From assembly GCF_009914755.1 (NCBI RefSeq), contig NC_060926.1: a DNA stretch of 64,000 nucleotides. One strand, written 5' to 3'. This document shows, one piece after another, positions 1 through 17,660 of the stretch. Position 1 is the first letter of the stretch; each line of letters opens with the position of its first letter. The DNA is from the human T2T-CHM13v2.0 reference genome, Homo sapiens. Both the position numbers and the translations under genes were made by a program. The notes beneath the pieces are model-generated. The model was given only the letters and a program-made list of their open reading frames with translations. It was not told the origin of the DNA and ran no database searches.

Positions 1-129
1 GGTTTCCTCTGCCATGTGGCTCTGTGACATATTTTTTGGAGTGCAGTGGTTTTTACAGCTATAATTGGAGGCTGGGCCCTGACTCCTGGCATGGTTTAAG
101 ATATCACGGACCCTCGAGTCACGCTGCCC

Positions 130-599
<470 letters not shown>

Positions 600-907
600 T
601 TTACTGATTATTTTTATAATTTAAAAAAATGCAGTCAGCAGAACTAAGAGAGTCCAGGATAAACCTGAGCAGACACAGCCACACCTTCAGGACCCAGAAC
701 CTGCCTGGCAGCTTCACCTGTCATCAGTTCACTCCAAGTCCACCCTGTCTTGGCAGAGTGCACCCAGGCCCAGACAGAGGAGCCAGGGGAGCCCTGTCCT
801 CAAGAAAGCACCAAGCTTAGTCTCCGGGGCAAGCCAGGTCCAGAGCCACAACACAAGTTGTGTGTGGGGTGGAAACAGCTTGCTCTTCCTCGCCTCTGGG
901 CACTGTG

Positions 908-1055
908 GGCATTTGAACTCTGGAGCCAGTGACCTCATCTGTAAAAGGCAGTGAAAATTCCTACCTCACAAGGTGGCGAGGAGGATTAAATGAAATAAAC
1001 GACTGCAAGGGTTATGTAAACTGTAGAGTGCCCCACAAATCGAAGGGATTATTGT
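908..1055 (+). mobile_element. MIR fragment
   Basis: cctcatctgtaaaagg...cctacctcacaagg...aggattaaatga. Confidence 0.65.
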
Positions 1056-1903
1056 TATCCATTAGCTCATTTGATTTGCATAATCCCTCTGAGGTGGGTA
1101 GAGGCTATTCCCGTTTTGGGACAGGCTGGTGCTCCCTGCTTCTTTAGGGCCTGAGTCTGTCCTTCGTGCCCAGGAGGCTGGTCTGGTTGGAGGCGGCCCC
1201 AGGCGCTCTCCGAGGAGCTGATGGGGTGGGACGCCCTTCTCAGGGAACTCTGGGGCTTCAGAGTGGGCCTTCCTTGGGGACTGCTCGACTGTGGCCAGGC
1301 CTCCATCCAGCCCTTCAGAGCTGGGGCAGCTCGGTCTGGGGACAGTGTCTCATCGCTCCCTCGCCACAGGGGCCAGGCCCTAATCGCTTTCTTTAGAGGC
1401 CTTTGTGCAGCCCGTTCTTTCATTCTGGGCCCAACACAATGCAGGGGTGAGCTGAGGTCAGATTTTCCACCTTCAGCTCTGGATTTCCTGTCTTTTGTCG
1501 GGTGGAGGACAGATTATGCCACCCGGCTTCCTGTCATCTCAGCACTGGGGGCGCCCCCGCCCTGGCACCAGCCCACAACGGGAGAGAGGGAAATCCCCCT
1601 GGGGGGTGAAGAGGGAGAACCTGCCCTTCATCCCCAGCCCCTCAGACATGGGCATTGGCCATCGTTAGATACTGAGCATTTCTTTAGATCTTTTAGCTGT
1701 TGAAAAATGGCTTCTTGTGGGATTTGAACTCTGATGACATCCTACAATATTTCACCTAAATATTCTAGATTAGAAAACATTATCAGCCCCATTAAACAAC
1801 ACGAAATCCTGCCCCTCTTTGGCAGCCCAGATTATGCAATAAAACACAATAAGGAATAGGCCCCTGGTAGCAGAAAGAGGTGGAGGCGGTGGGTATGGAG
1901 GGC

Positions 1904-2333
1904 TGTATTTGTTCCCTTGGACCACCATAAGAAGGTACCGCAAACTGGGGAGCTACAGCAGCAGAAATGTAGATATCTGTTCAAGCTGTCAGCAGGGCTG
2001 GTTCCTTCTGAAGACCATAACAGGAAGTGCCCTGGGCGTCTCCCGTAGCTTATGGTGACAGATGGTGATCCTTCCTGCTCCATGGCTTCCTTTGACACGG
2101 TTCTCCCTAAATCTCTGTGTCTTTACATGGGCCTCTTCCCTCTCTGTCCAAAATTCCCTTTTATTATAAGGACAACAGTTATATGGAATCGAGGTTCACT
2201 CTACTCCAGTTTGACCTCATTTTAACTAATTACATCTGCAGCATCCCTATTTCCAAATAAAGTGACATTCTGGGGTACTGGAGGTCAGGACTTCAGTATA
2301 TTTTTTGGGGGGACACAAATCAACTCCATAACA
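1904..2333 (-). mobile_element. MLT1-type (MaLR) solo LTR, MLT1B/C-like
   Basis: TG...CA ends; ttataaggaca, taattacatctgca, ctatttccaaataa, ggggggacacaa. Confidence 0.85.
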
Positions 2334-2348
2334 GGGGGCCTCTGGTAA

Positions 2349-2649
<301 letters not shown>

Positions 2650-2659
2650 AGGTCAGCTA

Positions 2660-2830
2660 ATTGTTATTGGCCATCTGCTCTGTGCCAGGCCCTGTGCTCA
2701 GTTCTAGGGCTGCAGAGATGCAAAGGTCTGTCTTTGTCTTTAGGGGGCTTAGTCTAGCGGGGAGAGACAGACAAGTCGGAATCAATGTTATAATGCAGTG
2801 TGTTCAGGGCTGTGAGTGGATTAGACACAG
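2660..2830 (-). mobile_element. L2 3' end fragment
   Basis: ctctgtgccaggccctgtgct...agtctagcggggagagacagac. Confidence 0.65.
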
Positions 2831-3036
2831 GTGATGGGGCTCTCATTAAAGGGGCCACTATCCCACTATCTCAGCCTTTGGATGGGGGTGACATCCTACA
2901 TAGGAAGGCCAGTGACTCAAGAGGGACAGGGACAAAGATGGGAAAGACAAGTTTCACAGATTACAAGAACACCATTTGTGGGACTAAATCTACCAGGGGA
3001 CTAAGTCCACCAGGAGGTGAAATCTGCCAGCTCTAA

Positions 3037-3437
<401 letters not shown>

Positions 3438-4839
3438 TGCTTTCTTATTTTGCATAAATCACTCAAACTGGAGATCCGGCCCTGGCCATAAGCTAGGTCT
3501 CTTCAGCAACAGCCATTACTGACCAGCATGCATTCTCTTGCTCTCAGCCTCTCTTTGCTTAAATGCTTCTTGGACTAGAGAGTTAGCTGGACTTCCCTTT
3601 CAGTCAAAATCTATTGAGAACTTCGAAAAGTCCTGGGTGAGACAGAGTAGGGAGTATTTCCCTCTAACATCTTCCCTCTTTATCAACTGTCCCAACTTGC
3701 CTTATACCCTGGCCTTCCCAATTCCTGGGCCTAGGAAGGATGGCTGATGGGCCTATGTGCAGGCACTTCTCTTGCCCCTCCGTCCCTGGGTCCCCAGATG
3801 AGAGAGGAAAAATCAACATTAGAGATGCTGGATGTGACATTTTCTACTGTTTTAATGAATTCTTTTGATTCTTTTCTGGAGCTGTGAATCATGACTCATA
3901 CCATGTGAAATGAAGCAGTCTGCATACCTTGAAATAGAGCGTGTTCTGTTTAACAAGAGGTCTCTACCTTGACTGCTGGTGAACTTGGAGGATGGTAGGA
4001 ACAGAGTGCCTGGGGAGGGGAGTGGAGCAAAAGGGTAGCTGGAGCCTGGAACTAGAACAATGCACAATGTGTCTTTGGATTCCTCCCACAAAGAAACCAG
4101 GTGAGTCTGTGTTGGGCATGGTCTTTTTCAAGAGTGGTTAAATGAGGTTGCAAATTCATCATTACAGAATCTGAAACATGCACTGTTTTACCCAGAAATG
4201 TGTTTGATTGAAGTAGTCATGTTCCCGGGGTGGGGCGGGGGGACCAAAGGGAGGAGGATCTCACTGAAACTCTACTTTTTAATTTTTTTTTCCCTGTTTG
4301 AACAACTCCTCGCATTTGTACGGGGCCTTCCCCTTTGCAAAAGCCTTTCTGACATCAAATGGCTCCTGATCCTTTCTGTGCCACTTTGTGGCCAGCAGGA
4401 TGGGATTTACTCTGCATGCCACAGTTGAGGACAGCCAGGTGCAGATAGGTCATGTGACTTTTGGGAGCCAGTGGCAGGCCCAGGTTCACAGTCAGCCTCA
4501 GCCCACGCCCAGGGAGATTTCACCCCTGTTGTTGGGGTTTTCTCAAGGAATCTGCCCCTGTTCCTGCCTTTCTTTTACCTACTGGCCTCCCAGGTGCAAC
4601 TGATCCCCATGAACTCCGGTCTGGGTGGGGACGACCAAAGAAGGCTTCTCTAGGTAGAGTCAATGCATAGTCTGGCAGGTGGGTCACAGGCTCTGAATCC
4701 TGCAACTGAGTCCCCACCCTGCCTCTTTCTAGCTTTGGGATCACAGCTATCATCATTTCTCCATGTTTCTTTTTCTCCATCTGTAAGGTGTAATGAAAGT
4801 TTTAGGTGATAATTGTGGACTTAGCATATCATATCAATT

Positions 4840-6203
<1,364 letters not shown>

Positions 6204-7574
6204 AGTGGACAGAAAGGGTGTTGCTCAGCTCTCACTAACCTTGAAACTCTTCGTCTTTTCTTTCTCTTTGTCTTTCCTTTCAATTTCCTGTCCTGTTTCC
6301 CGGTGCTATTCCCAGGTCCTGTCCAGTCTTCCCACACCTTTGGTCCCTTGCTGCCCCGATGCTCTTTCTCTCTTCTCTTTCATCTTCATCTGGCCAAGTT
6401 TAATCTCACGTCAAGGTTTCGCTCAAGCACAGCTTCCTTCAGTCCAAATGAGTATTTCTCGTTTGTGTCCTTTTTACAACTCATTAGTGTCATGGTAGCT
6501 GTACTTGTCCTCTGTTTCTCACTCTCCACTCGGGGCTCCTGGAGGCACAGGGATGCTACATTAGCCATCTTTGGGTCCTCCAGAGGCTTCACATGGGTGT
6601 TGAACATGTATTGTCAGTGGTTTGAAGAATATCACAACATCACCACCCAACCAAAATGATTTGCCCTTTAAGTAACCCAGGAACCAATTAGGATTCATCA
6701 GACCCATATTTGCAAGACAATTATTGTGTCTTGTAATGCATCATTGTGGATTATGATATTACCTTTGCCTAAATAAATACAATGGGGGAATTGGAGGCTT
6801 TTAAGAGTTCACGTCAACTTAAAATGAGATTATAAATAATTCTAAAAGCCCCACAACTTTATGACAGGGTGCTGGAAGAGCTATTGGGAATGAGGACGGA
6901 AACAAAATAAAACCCAAGCCAGGAGTGAAAGCGTACCCCAGACATCCTCCGTGACCCTTCCCCTGCCCAATTAGAAACTGATACAGCAGAAAAGACACGC
7001 TCACTCATAGGCTTCCAGATTCCTTTAACGCTGTTTCTCTGCTAAGGAGAGAGGAGAGGAAATAGCACCTTTGTGTGCTGTGGGCCCCACTGCAGAGGGG
7101 GCTGGTGGGGGGGCTCAGGACCCACGAGGGTCAGGAGGGAAGAAGGAATTCCCCATGCAGAGACCTCCAGCAGCGCACCAGACAGGACCCTGATTCTGGA
7201 TGGCAACCCACTCTGTGCTTTTGGCAGAAGCTGTTCAAGCCCTGCGTTGGTCTAGGAATCAAGATATATGGGTCTTAATCCATGCTCTGTGGTGAATTCA
7301 GCTTCTGCGGCCAAGCAGCCACCAAGCCTCTCTGGGACTTGCTTTCCTCATCAGCCCTCGCCCTGGGGCACACCTGTCCATGCCAACCACTGCACTGGGC
7401 ATGGGGGATGCAGAGATGAGTCCAGCATGAACCCTTTCCTGAAGGTCTGGGAGTTCAGACTTTGCAGGCAGCAAGTGAGAGGGAGAACTCCCTGGAGGAA
7501 GCTGCACGAGCTGAGTGTTTACAGATAAGGAGATATTCAGGTTTGGAAAAGCAGTATCAAACAAAAGCATTCTA

Positions 7575-7878
<304 letters not shown>

Positions 7879-8275
7879 CAGAGACGCTTCAGAACGCAGG
7901 AAAAGTACAAACAAAGGTTTGGAGATATTTAAGCAACTCTTGTTTGCATGGAAACTGCAGGTTATATAAAGGTAGAGAAGGATGGAAAATGGGACTAATT
8001 TGGGGCTCAGGTTTTTGAAAAAAGGAATATTAGAATGGTCTGTGGATATCAATGCATTATATGGAACAAATGATAGGGTGGATATAATAATGCTTTAACA
8101 TTTGTAAAATACTATGCAAATGCGATGTTGATTGCCAAAACACACACACACACACAACTGCGATCTGTGAGCTACTGGTATTGTTAGCAAAACATTGTTA
8201 TTCTTTGAAACTCCTTTATCTGTGCATTTCTCCATAATTTTTCTGGGTTAATTTCATACATATATTGTTTTTCAG

Positions 8276-8371
8276 CTAATATTTGGCTTCTGCCATCATA
8301 GTCCCCAGTCAGGGCTCACTTTGTAGTTTTCTCCATAATGAGTCCAGTGGGTTCGGGAAACAGGAGTGAAG
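8276..8371 (+). ncRNA. Candidate 96-nt non-coding internal exon
   Basis: Acceptor tatattgtttttcag|C and donor AAG|GTAAGT; stop codons in all three frames. Confidence 0.3.
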
Positions 8372-8616
8372 GTAAGTGTTGCTGGAGAAACTGTGAGATG
8401 CTTCTGCTGAAAGCAATCATGCCCATTGAAAGACTTGCTTACAGAGAGACACAAGAAGGGGCTTTGACCTACACTAAGTAGAGAAAAAACTCACCTTTGC
8501 ATTTCCTGGGTGGTGTAGCACAGGAAAGAGTATGGGAAAGTAAAGGAAAGAATCTCTGTTTTGCCAGTGGTTTGCTGCATAACCTAGGCTGGTCACTTCC
8601 TATCTCTAAGAGTCAG

Positions 8617-8937
<321 letters not shown>

Positions 8938-9189
8938 TGAGCATCTGTTTTTACATCTTCAGTATATCGAGATGTTGCAGTCTCTGATGTCCCTTAGAAA
9001 TAGAGTCAAAACTTTAAAAGTTTGGAGTAGCCCTTTGTTGCTCAGCCTGCTGCATTTGTGTCTCCTCAGGGCCCTGGAGCCTCTCATGAACCTGCCATTA
9101 GCCAGTTACTGAGTGCTCACTGTCACATGTAGTGGCAGAGTTAAGCTGAGCATGGCGAGGTGGAAGGGACATTCATTCTGCTGCATTCA

Positions 9190-9330
9190 CAGGGGATGGG
9201 TTTCAGTTGTTCTAGCCACTAACTGTATGTGTCACTTTAGGGGAAGCTAAGAAAACTCCCTGAGACTCAAGTTTCCACATTTGTCAAATGGAGATAATAA
9301 GACTTTGCTTTATCTTGATCTGCATCTTGA
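9190..9330 (+). mobile_element. MIR fragment
   Basis: tctagccactaactgtatgtg...tttccacatttgtcaaatggagataataa. Confidence 0.6.
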
Positions 9331-10492
9331 ATCTTCTTGCTATTTTGGTCCCAGCTGGTTGGCAGATCTGAAACTTCGGTCCTCCTGCCTGGCAGGCCTG
9401 TTATCTCTTTTCACCATTGTCATATCTCATAAGATGTCCTGACTCCTGGCAACATTTTGTCCATCTTGACCTGTCTTTAGTTGTTTTGAAAATGATATAA
9501 CTGCCAAGACTCCCCTCTCCCACCCCTTTTTGGTGTTCCTATAACCTTCCAGATGTTGGGCGAGGCAATTTATATAAAGGTCTGAAAGATTGCTTGGAAT
9601 TTTTCCATTTGACAGATAAGAAAACCATATTTCAAAGAAATTCAATCGCTTTCCTTAGGAAGATGTCTTGACTTGAAAGCCTGAGCTCTTTCCACTATTC
9701 TTCACTGTTTCAACCAAGCTGGAGAAAAACTGTGACCATTACATTGTGTTTTAGCCCCACACAGAGCAACAGTTCCACAGGCAGGCTTTGTTTAGCGCCG
9801 TCGAGATGGGCCTGGAAGAGTTGCAAATGCATTTTTAAAGTAAATCAAATCCTATTTTTAGTACCCTAAGGGAGCACATTCTGTAAAGGAAGAGTCTCTA
9901 GTAAATCCTTCCATGAAGTGAGTATTTTTTTCCCTACAAGTTTAACAATATCTGTCTAATTCATCTGCTTTCTAGACTGGGACTCTTATGCACATTTTTT
10001 TTTTCTCTCAAATGGAGTCCTGCAGGTATTTGTCCAACATTTGGTCTTTATTCTTCATAAAATGATAGCAGGAATGATGCTTTGAAGGATTTAAACAAGT
10101 ACATAATATTGCAATTTTACAACTGAAGGTAAGTTCGTGTTGAAATAATGTAAACGTTGTATTCAAGACTATTTATGCTCTCGGAAAGCTTCTCTTTCTA
10201 GCCATATTTTCTACCTTGCTTAACATACCTTCTGTTTCAGGCATCATGTTCCGTATTCTCTTCCAAAAGGTCCCTCCTCTCTGCACCTGTGCTCACTGGG
10301 ATTTCTTCCCTTTGAATTCTCCTGATTTCCACACCACCTCTTCAATGTAGTGGGCACACTCACACACACACCCCTCTCATTCACACATACTCCTAACACA
10401 CAACAGTGCCCAAGTCCTACAGATCTGCAGCGTTCAATATAGTAGCCAGTAGCCACATTTGGCTATTCAAAGTTAGTTAAAGTTAAATAAAA

Positions 10493-11130
10493 TATCAATC
10501 AATGAATAGATAAACAAAATGTGGTAAATACATCAATAGATTATTATTCAGCCTCAGAAAGGAAGGACATTTGAATACTACAAGCAGATGAACCTTGAAA
10601 ACGGCTTAATAAGTAAAATAAGACAGACTCAAAGGGACAAATACTGTGTGATTTCACTTATATGAGCTACCTAGAATAGGCAAACTCATATACACAAAGA
10701 GAGAGAGAAAGTAGACCAGCGTTTCCAGGGTCTGGGGGTAGGAGGAATGGGAAGTTGTTTAATGACAAGCTTGTCCAACCCGAGGCCCAGGACAGCTTTG
10801 AATGTGGCCCAACACAAATTTGTTAGCTTTCTTCAAACATTATGAGATTTTTTTTTAAAAGCTCATCAGCTATCATTAGTGTTAGTGTATTTTATGTGTG
10901 GCCCAAGACAATTCCTCTCCCAATGTGCCCAGGGAAGCCACAAGATTGAACACCCCTATAAATGGGTACAAAGTTTCAATTTGGGATGTCGAAAACATTC
11001 TAGAAATGGGTAATGGTGATGGTTGCGCAACTTTGTGGGTATACTTAATGCCAATGAATTGTACACTTAAAGATGGTTAAAATGGTAAATTTTATGTTAC
11101 GCATATTTTACCACAAAAAAATTTAAAAAA
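10493..11130 (+). mobile_element. L1M (L1MB-like) 3' end
   Basis: gaatagataaacaaaatgtggta...aattgtacacttaaagatggttaaaatggtaaattttatgtta plus A tail; ttaaataaaa on both sides. Confidence 0.85.
10766..10958 (+). mobile_element. MER30 (hAT-Charlie) inserted into the L1
   Basis: caagcttgtccaaccc...gctcatcagctatcattagtgttagtgtattttatgtgtggcccaagacaattc...ttgaacacccct. Confidence 0.85.
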
Positions 11131-12709
11131 TTAAATAAAAGATACAATTCAGTTCTTCAGTCACACTAGCTACATTTCAAATGTTCAACAGCCACATCTG
11201 ACTAATGGCCAGCAAATTGTTCAGAGCAGATAGAGACCTTCTCCATCATTGTGGAAGGTTCTAGAGGACAAAGCTGTCCTGATTCTTCTGGGCCCACTGA
11301 TGTTTTGTTCCTCAAAGCTCCAATGAGCAGTGATTACTCCCTGCTCGGAATTCTTGTAATTATTCGTTCTGAGGCCTTTCAAGGTCTTATTGTATTCTGC
11401 ATTGTATTTCAAGCTAATATGTGGTCAGCTGATTTCCTGACAAAATTGTAAGTGGGTGGAGGGCAGGGAAGAAGTTTCCAGTTTCTAGGTGTGCTCATCC
11501 TGCCCCACCCTCCAGTGTTTTGCAGACTAATCAGCGCGAATCAAACAGGTATCTGTGTATGAATGGATGAGACAAGAAGACCTGACAACAAACATTTCCT
11601 GCTATGGTCTTATCTGGGAGTGTTACCCCATCTGATGTATTTCAGAAGCCACTCGAAGAAGACATAGTTGTCTTCCATGTCTAAATTCCTCTCACAACTC
11701 TTGGGGCATAAATTAGCTGTCTTCTGTGAGCTCCTTTGGGACTGAAAGGCATGCTCCCTGGGAACTTTTGTAAATTAGATAGAAATTTGTCCTATGGATG
11801 TGTGAAGTCACTTCTCAGCTAATCATTGAAGGGAGCTGCCAAAGCCTTTCTTTCAAAAACAAATGGCAAAGTTGCTCTGTTTTTCATAACACAAACCCTT
11901 TTGCAACAAATAGAGTCCTCTTCTGGTCATTATCTTGTCATTAGAACCTCTGGCTAGATTTATTTCCCTATAAAATAAACCTAAGACCTTATTCATAAAG
12001 AAGAAAATGCAAACACGAGCTTGACCACTATCAAAGAGACCCAGTGTAAAAAGAGCTTTCTTTTGCCTCTTGAGTTCGATGATGAGATCTTGTGGCCAGA
12101 CAACATTTTTTGACTGGTAAGAGCAGAAACTACCCTCCTGAGTTACTGTTTAGTGAATGAGGGCCTTTGTTTCCCACAGAAGAATTAAAAACCTATGGGG
12201 CTCCCCCGTGCAAACAGGAGTACGTTTCACACAGCGATGTTGGGATTAAATGCCTGTACCATGAAACAAGCCAGAACAATGCCTACTCACGTTTTAATCA
12301 TTCACCTGGCATTCCACGGGAGGCAGTTTCACCTAAAACTAGATTAGGTGAAGAGTGACTTCTCCCAAGCACTTTTTCTCTGCAACTCTTGGATCTTTTT
12401 TTTGTATCCCCAAGTGGAAAGTAAAGAAAAACTGCCCATTTTTCTACCAGTCAAATTTGAAGATAGCAACATAGTCTCTGGGACCTGGAAGAGGCTTCTT
12501 GCCCATGCCAGAGAGGGTGTGGTTCAATCCCATCATTTTGAAGGTCAGGAAAGTGAAGCTGGGAAAAAAGTGACTTGTCTAGAGTCATACATGGAGCAGG
12601 AGCAAAGCTGAAATGAGAACGGCCACTCCTGACTCCAGCATAGCATTTTTTTCTTCTGTAACACTTGGCCATGTCTCACATTTCTCACACTCAAAATGAT
12701 ACTCTCCTT

Positions 12710-13187
<478 letters not shown>

Positions 13188-13237
13188 TTTGATACTCTCC
13201 TTCCTTAAATGATTCATGACATCCGTTAAGAAGCTCA

Positions 13238-13310
13238 GGGAATCTCTCTGAACCTGCTCTCGTTCAGCGGCTGCCCATAAAAAAAATTAAAAAATAATTT
13301 TCTTTAAAAA
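13238..13310 (+). mobile_element. Short TSD-flanked retroposed small-RNA-like insert
   Basis: AAGAAGCTCA at 13228-13237 and 13311-13320 flanks a ~40-nt body plus A-rich tail. Confidence 0.6.
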
Positions 13311-13322
13311 AAGAAGCTCAGT

Positions 13323-13860
<538 letters not shown>

Positions 13861-14129
13861 ATGCAAAGTATAATATCCATATGAAAACTGCTGTTTTGCT
13901 CAATGTAAAAGAGGGGAAGATGGTGAAAAGCACCAAGAGGTGCTCCCAGAAGGAAGAATTCAATTTATAGTCAGAGCAGTTTCTTAGAGATGAAACTGGT
14001 CCAAGATAGATTGTCCAAAGCCAGACGGAGACTGGAACTGAGATGTTTGGCAAAAGGTCCTAACAATGACTGTGGTCAAAGGTGACCTGAGAAAATGAGG
14101 TAAGCAGGAGAGTGTGCTGCCTGGACTTA

Positions 14130-14300
14130 GTGTAGTGAGAAGAGTATCGAATCCCAGTTTCACCAGGTACCAGCTGCATCTCTTGACTGGCCACTTACCC
14201 TCTCTGTGCCTTGGTTTATCCTTTGTAAAACAGGCCCCCTGATATCCGCTGGGAGGCAGATCAGAATCATCTATTTGAAAGCCCTTTGCAAACTGGGAGT
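14130..14300 (+). mobile_element. MIR fragment
   Basis: gaatcccagtttcacca...cacttaccctctctgtgccttggtttatcctttgtaaaa. Confidence 0.65.
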
Positions 14301-14409
14301 AGCAAATGGAGGTGACCCAGGTCAGGAAGAAAGGGAGCCTGGGATTTATTTTGAGCCCAGATGGTGTGTGATGGCAGGCAAGGTACCAGGCCTCAGTTTC
14401 CCACTTTAA

Positions 14410-14746
<337 letters not shown>

Positions 14747-15257
14747 TGAGGGAAAGAGATGAGGAGGACTTGGTGGATGAGGAGGTAGAGAGAGAAACTC
14801 AAACTCTATAACCGTGGTGTTCTCCCTCCCCTGCTCTTCAGGACACACTGCAAGTTCCTGGGGATGACTAGAACCCCACAGCAGCAGTTAACTGTGGGGA
14901 AGGCCAGTTTCCTCCGTGCTAGGAGGATGCCCCGGCAGGGTGTGTGAGAGAACATGGAAGCCACTGTGTGCTTTCTTTCCCTTTTTACAGCCTGGGAACC
15001 TGGGGAAAGCTTCCCTCCCTGTGTAATAGAATGCATGTGATGGCATTTCAGGACCAAAAGGGTCCTCACAGGTCAGCTAGTCCAACTGTCTGTCTGATGC
15101 TTGGCGTCCCTGTGAGGTCCCCAGCAGGCCCCAGACAGGAACGTCACCTTCCAAGTGATGTTAAGTACTGACTAGTCCAATACTGACTACAAAAGAAGTT
15201 TATTTTTATTTTTGAAAAGTGTCCAGGTGCCAAAGATTCACAGACTTTTCTTTCCGT

Positions 15258-15755
<498 letters not shown>

Positions 15756-15829
15756 TAAAATGGTTTGCTCATATCCTCATCTCACAGACACTGTGTATCT
15801 ACTTACACCATTCATTAAATAACAGTAAC

Positions 15830-16060
15830 AACAACAAATACCCCAAGCACTTATTATGTGCCCCACACTGTCTTAAGTGCTTTATGGATCTTAATTCATT
15901 CATCACAATGACCCTAGGAGGGGCCTATTGTTCTATTTTTATCCTTATTTTACAGAAGAAGAAACCAGAGCACAGAGAGGTTAAGTCTTTCACTAAAAGT
16001 CACACAGCCAGTAGACTTTGGGGCCAGGATTCAAATACAGGCAAACCACAGGTCTTGACC
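15830..16060 (-). mobile_element. MIR (near full length)
   Basis: agcacttattatgtgcc...attttacagaagaagaaaccagagcacagagaggttaagt...ggattcaaa. Confidence 0.8.
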
Positions 16061-16491
16061 CCTATGCATGTGGCTTGCCCTGATCACCACAGGGTGTGGG
16101 ATGCCTTTATCCGCTAGCACTTTCAAAGGTCATTTTCAAATGGCCTTTAGCACTTTCTGCCTTGTATGAAGCCTCGGTATCTGGGATTTCACCTTCTCGG
16201 GGTCAACCATTCCAAAGCCCCACTGGAAGTCCCAGCCCTGTGGACGTGGTATTTGGTGGCGATAGCCGATCTGAATTGTGAGCCGGCCCAGCCCAGCGCA
16301 ACATTTGCATCTCAAAGAAGCTCTGTGATTTTCTCGAGATTCCAAACACAGTAACTGCGGGGAGGGCCCCATGGTATTTGCAAGGTTGAGAGTTTGCAAA
16401 TGCCTGGAGGCTGACCCCTGGATCTCCTTCACCCCGGAGACCGACCAGCACACCATCTAACTCAGTGCCTTTCACATCGTATTCAGTCTGA

Positions 16492-17310
<819 letters not shown>

Positions 17311-17339
17311 TGAATCTTGTGACTCTAGTACCAGACAGG

Positions 17340-17660
17340 CCTCAGTACCATGCTCTGTGTCCTGTTCCATCTCCCTGGATGCTGTCACTCCAGTCTCTGT
17401 TCAGGAATTCCTACTCTTCCCTCCAGGATCGGCTCTCCTGTTAACCCCATGAAGGCTTCCCAGACCCCCAATGGAACAACCTGCCGCCCCCCCATGCTCC
17501 CCTTCCTGTAGAACTGGGTGCTGTGCGCAGGTCAGCACCTTGTCCCTCAGGTGTCTCTTGGGTCCCTAGGAGTCCCCTGGGTCCCACCTGCTCCCTGTAT
17601 CCCTCCACAGTGCCTAGCCCAATACATAGCTCACAGGTGGGCTCAATTCAGGTTGAACCC
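17340..17660 (+). mobile_element. L2 3' fragment
   Basis: ctgtatccctccacagtgcctagc...ctcaattcaggttgaa. Confidence 0.5.

Larger units (their letters stand above)
10425..11277 (+). mobile_element. MER3 (hAT-Charlie) split by an L1 insertion
   Basis: 5' half (caatatagtagccagtagccacatttggctatt) at about 10425-10492; 3' half (aattcagttcttcagtcacactagctacatttcaa...ttctagaggacaaagctg) at about 11131-11277. Confidence 0.8.

Noticed and set aside
1541-1560. Palindrome GGGGGCGCCCCC as a CTCF site
   Set aside because: Only the 3' half of the CTCF core matches; the central AG is missing.
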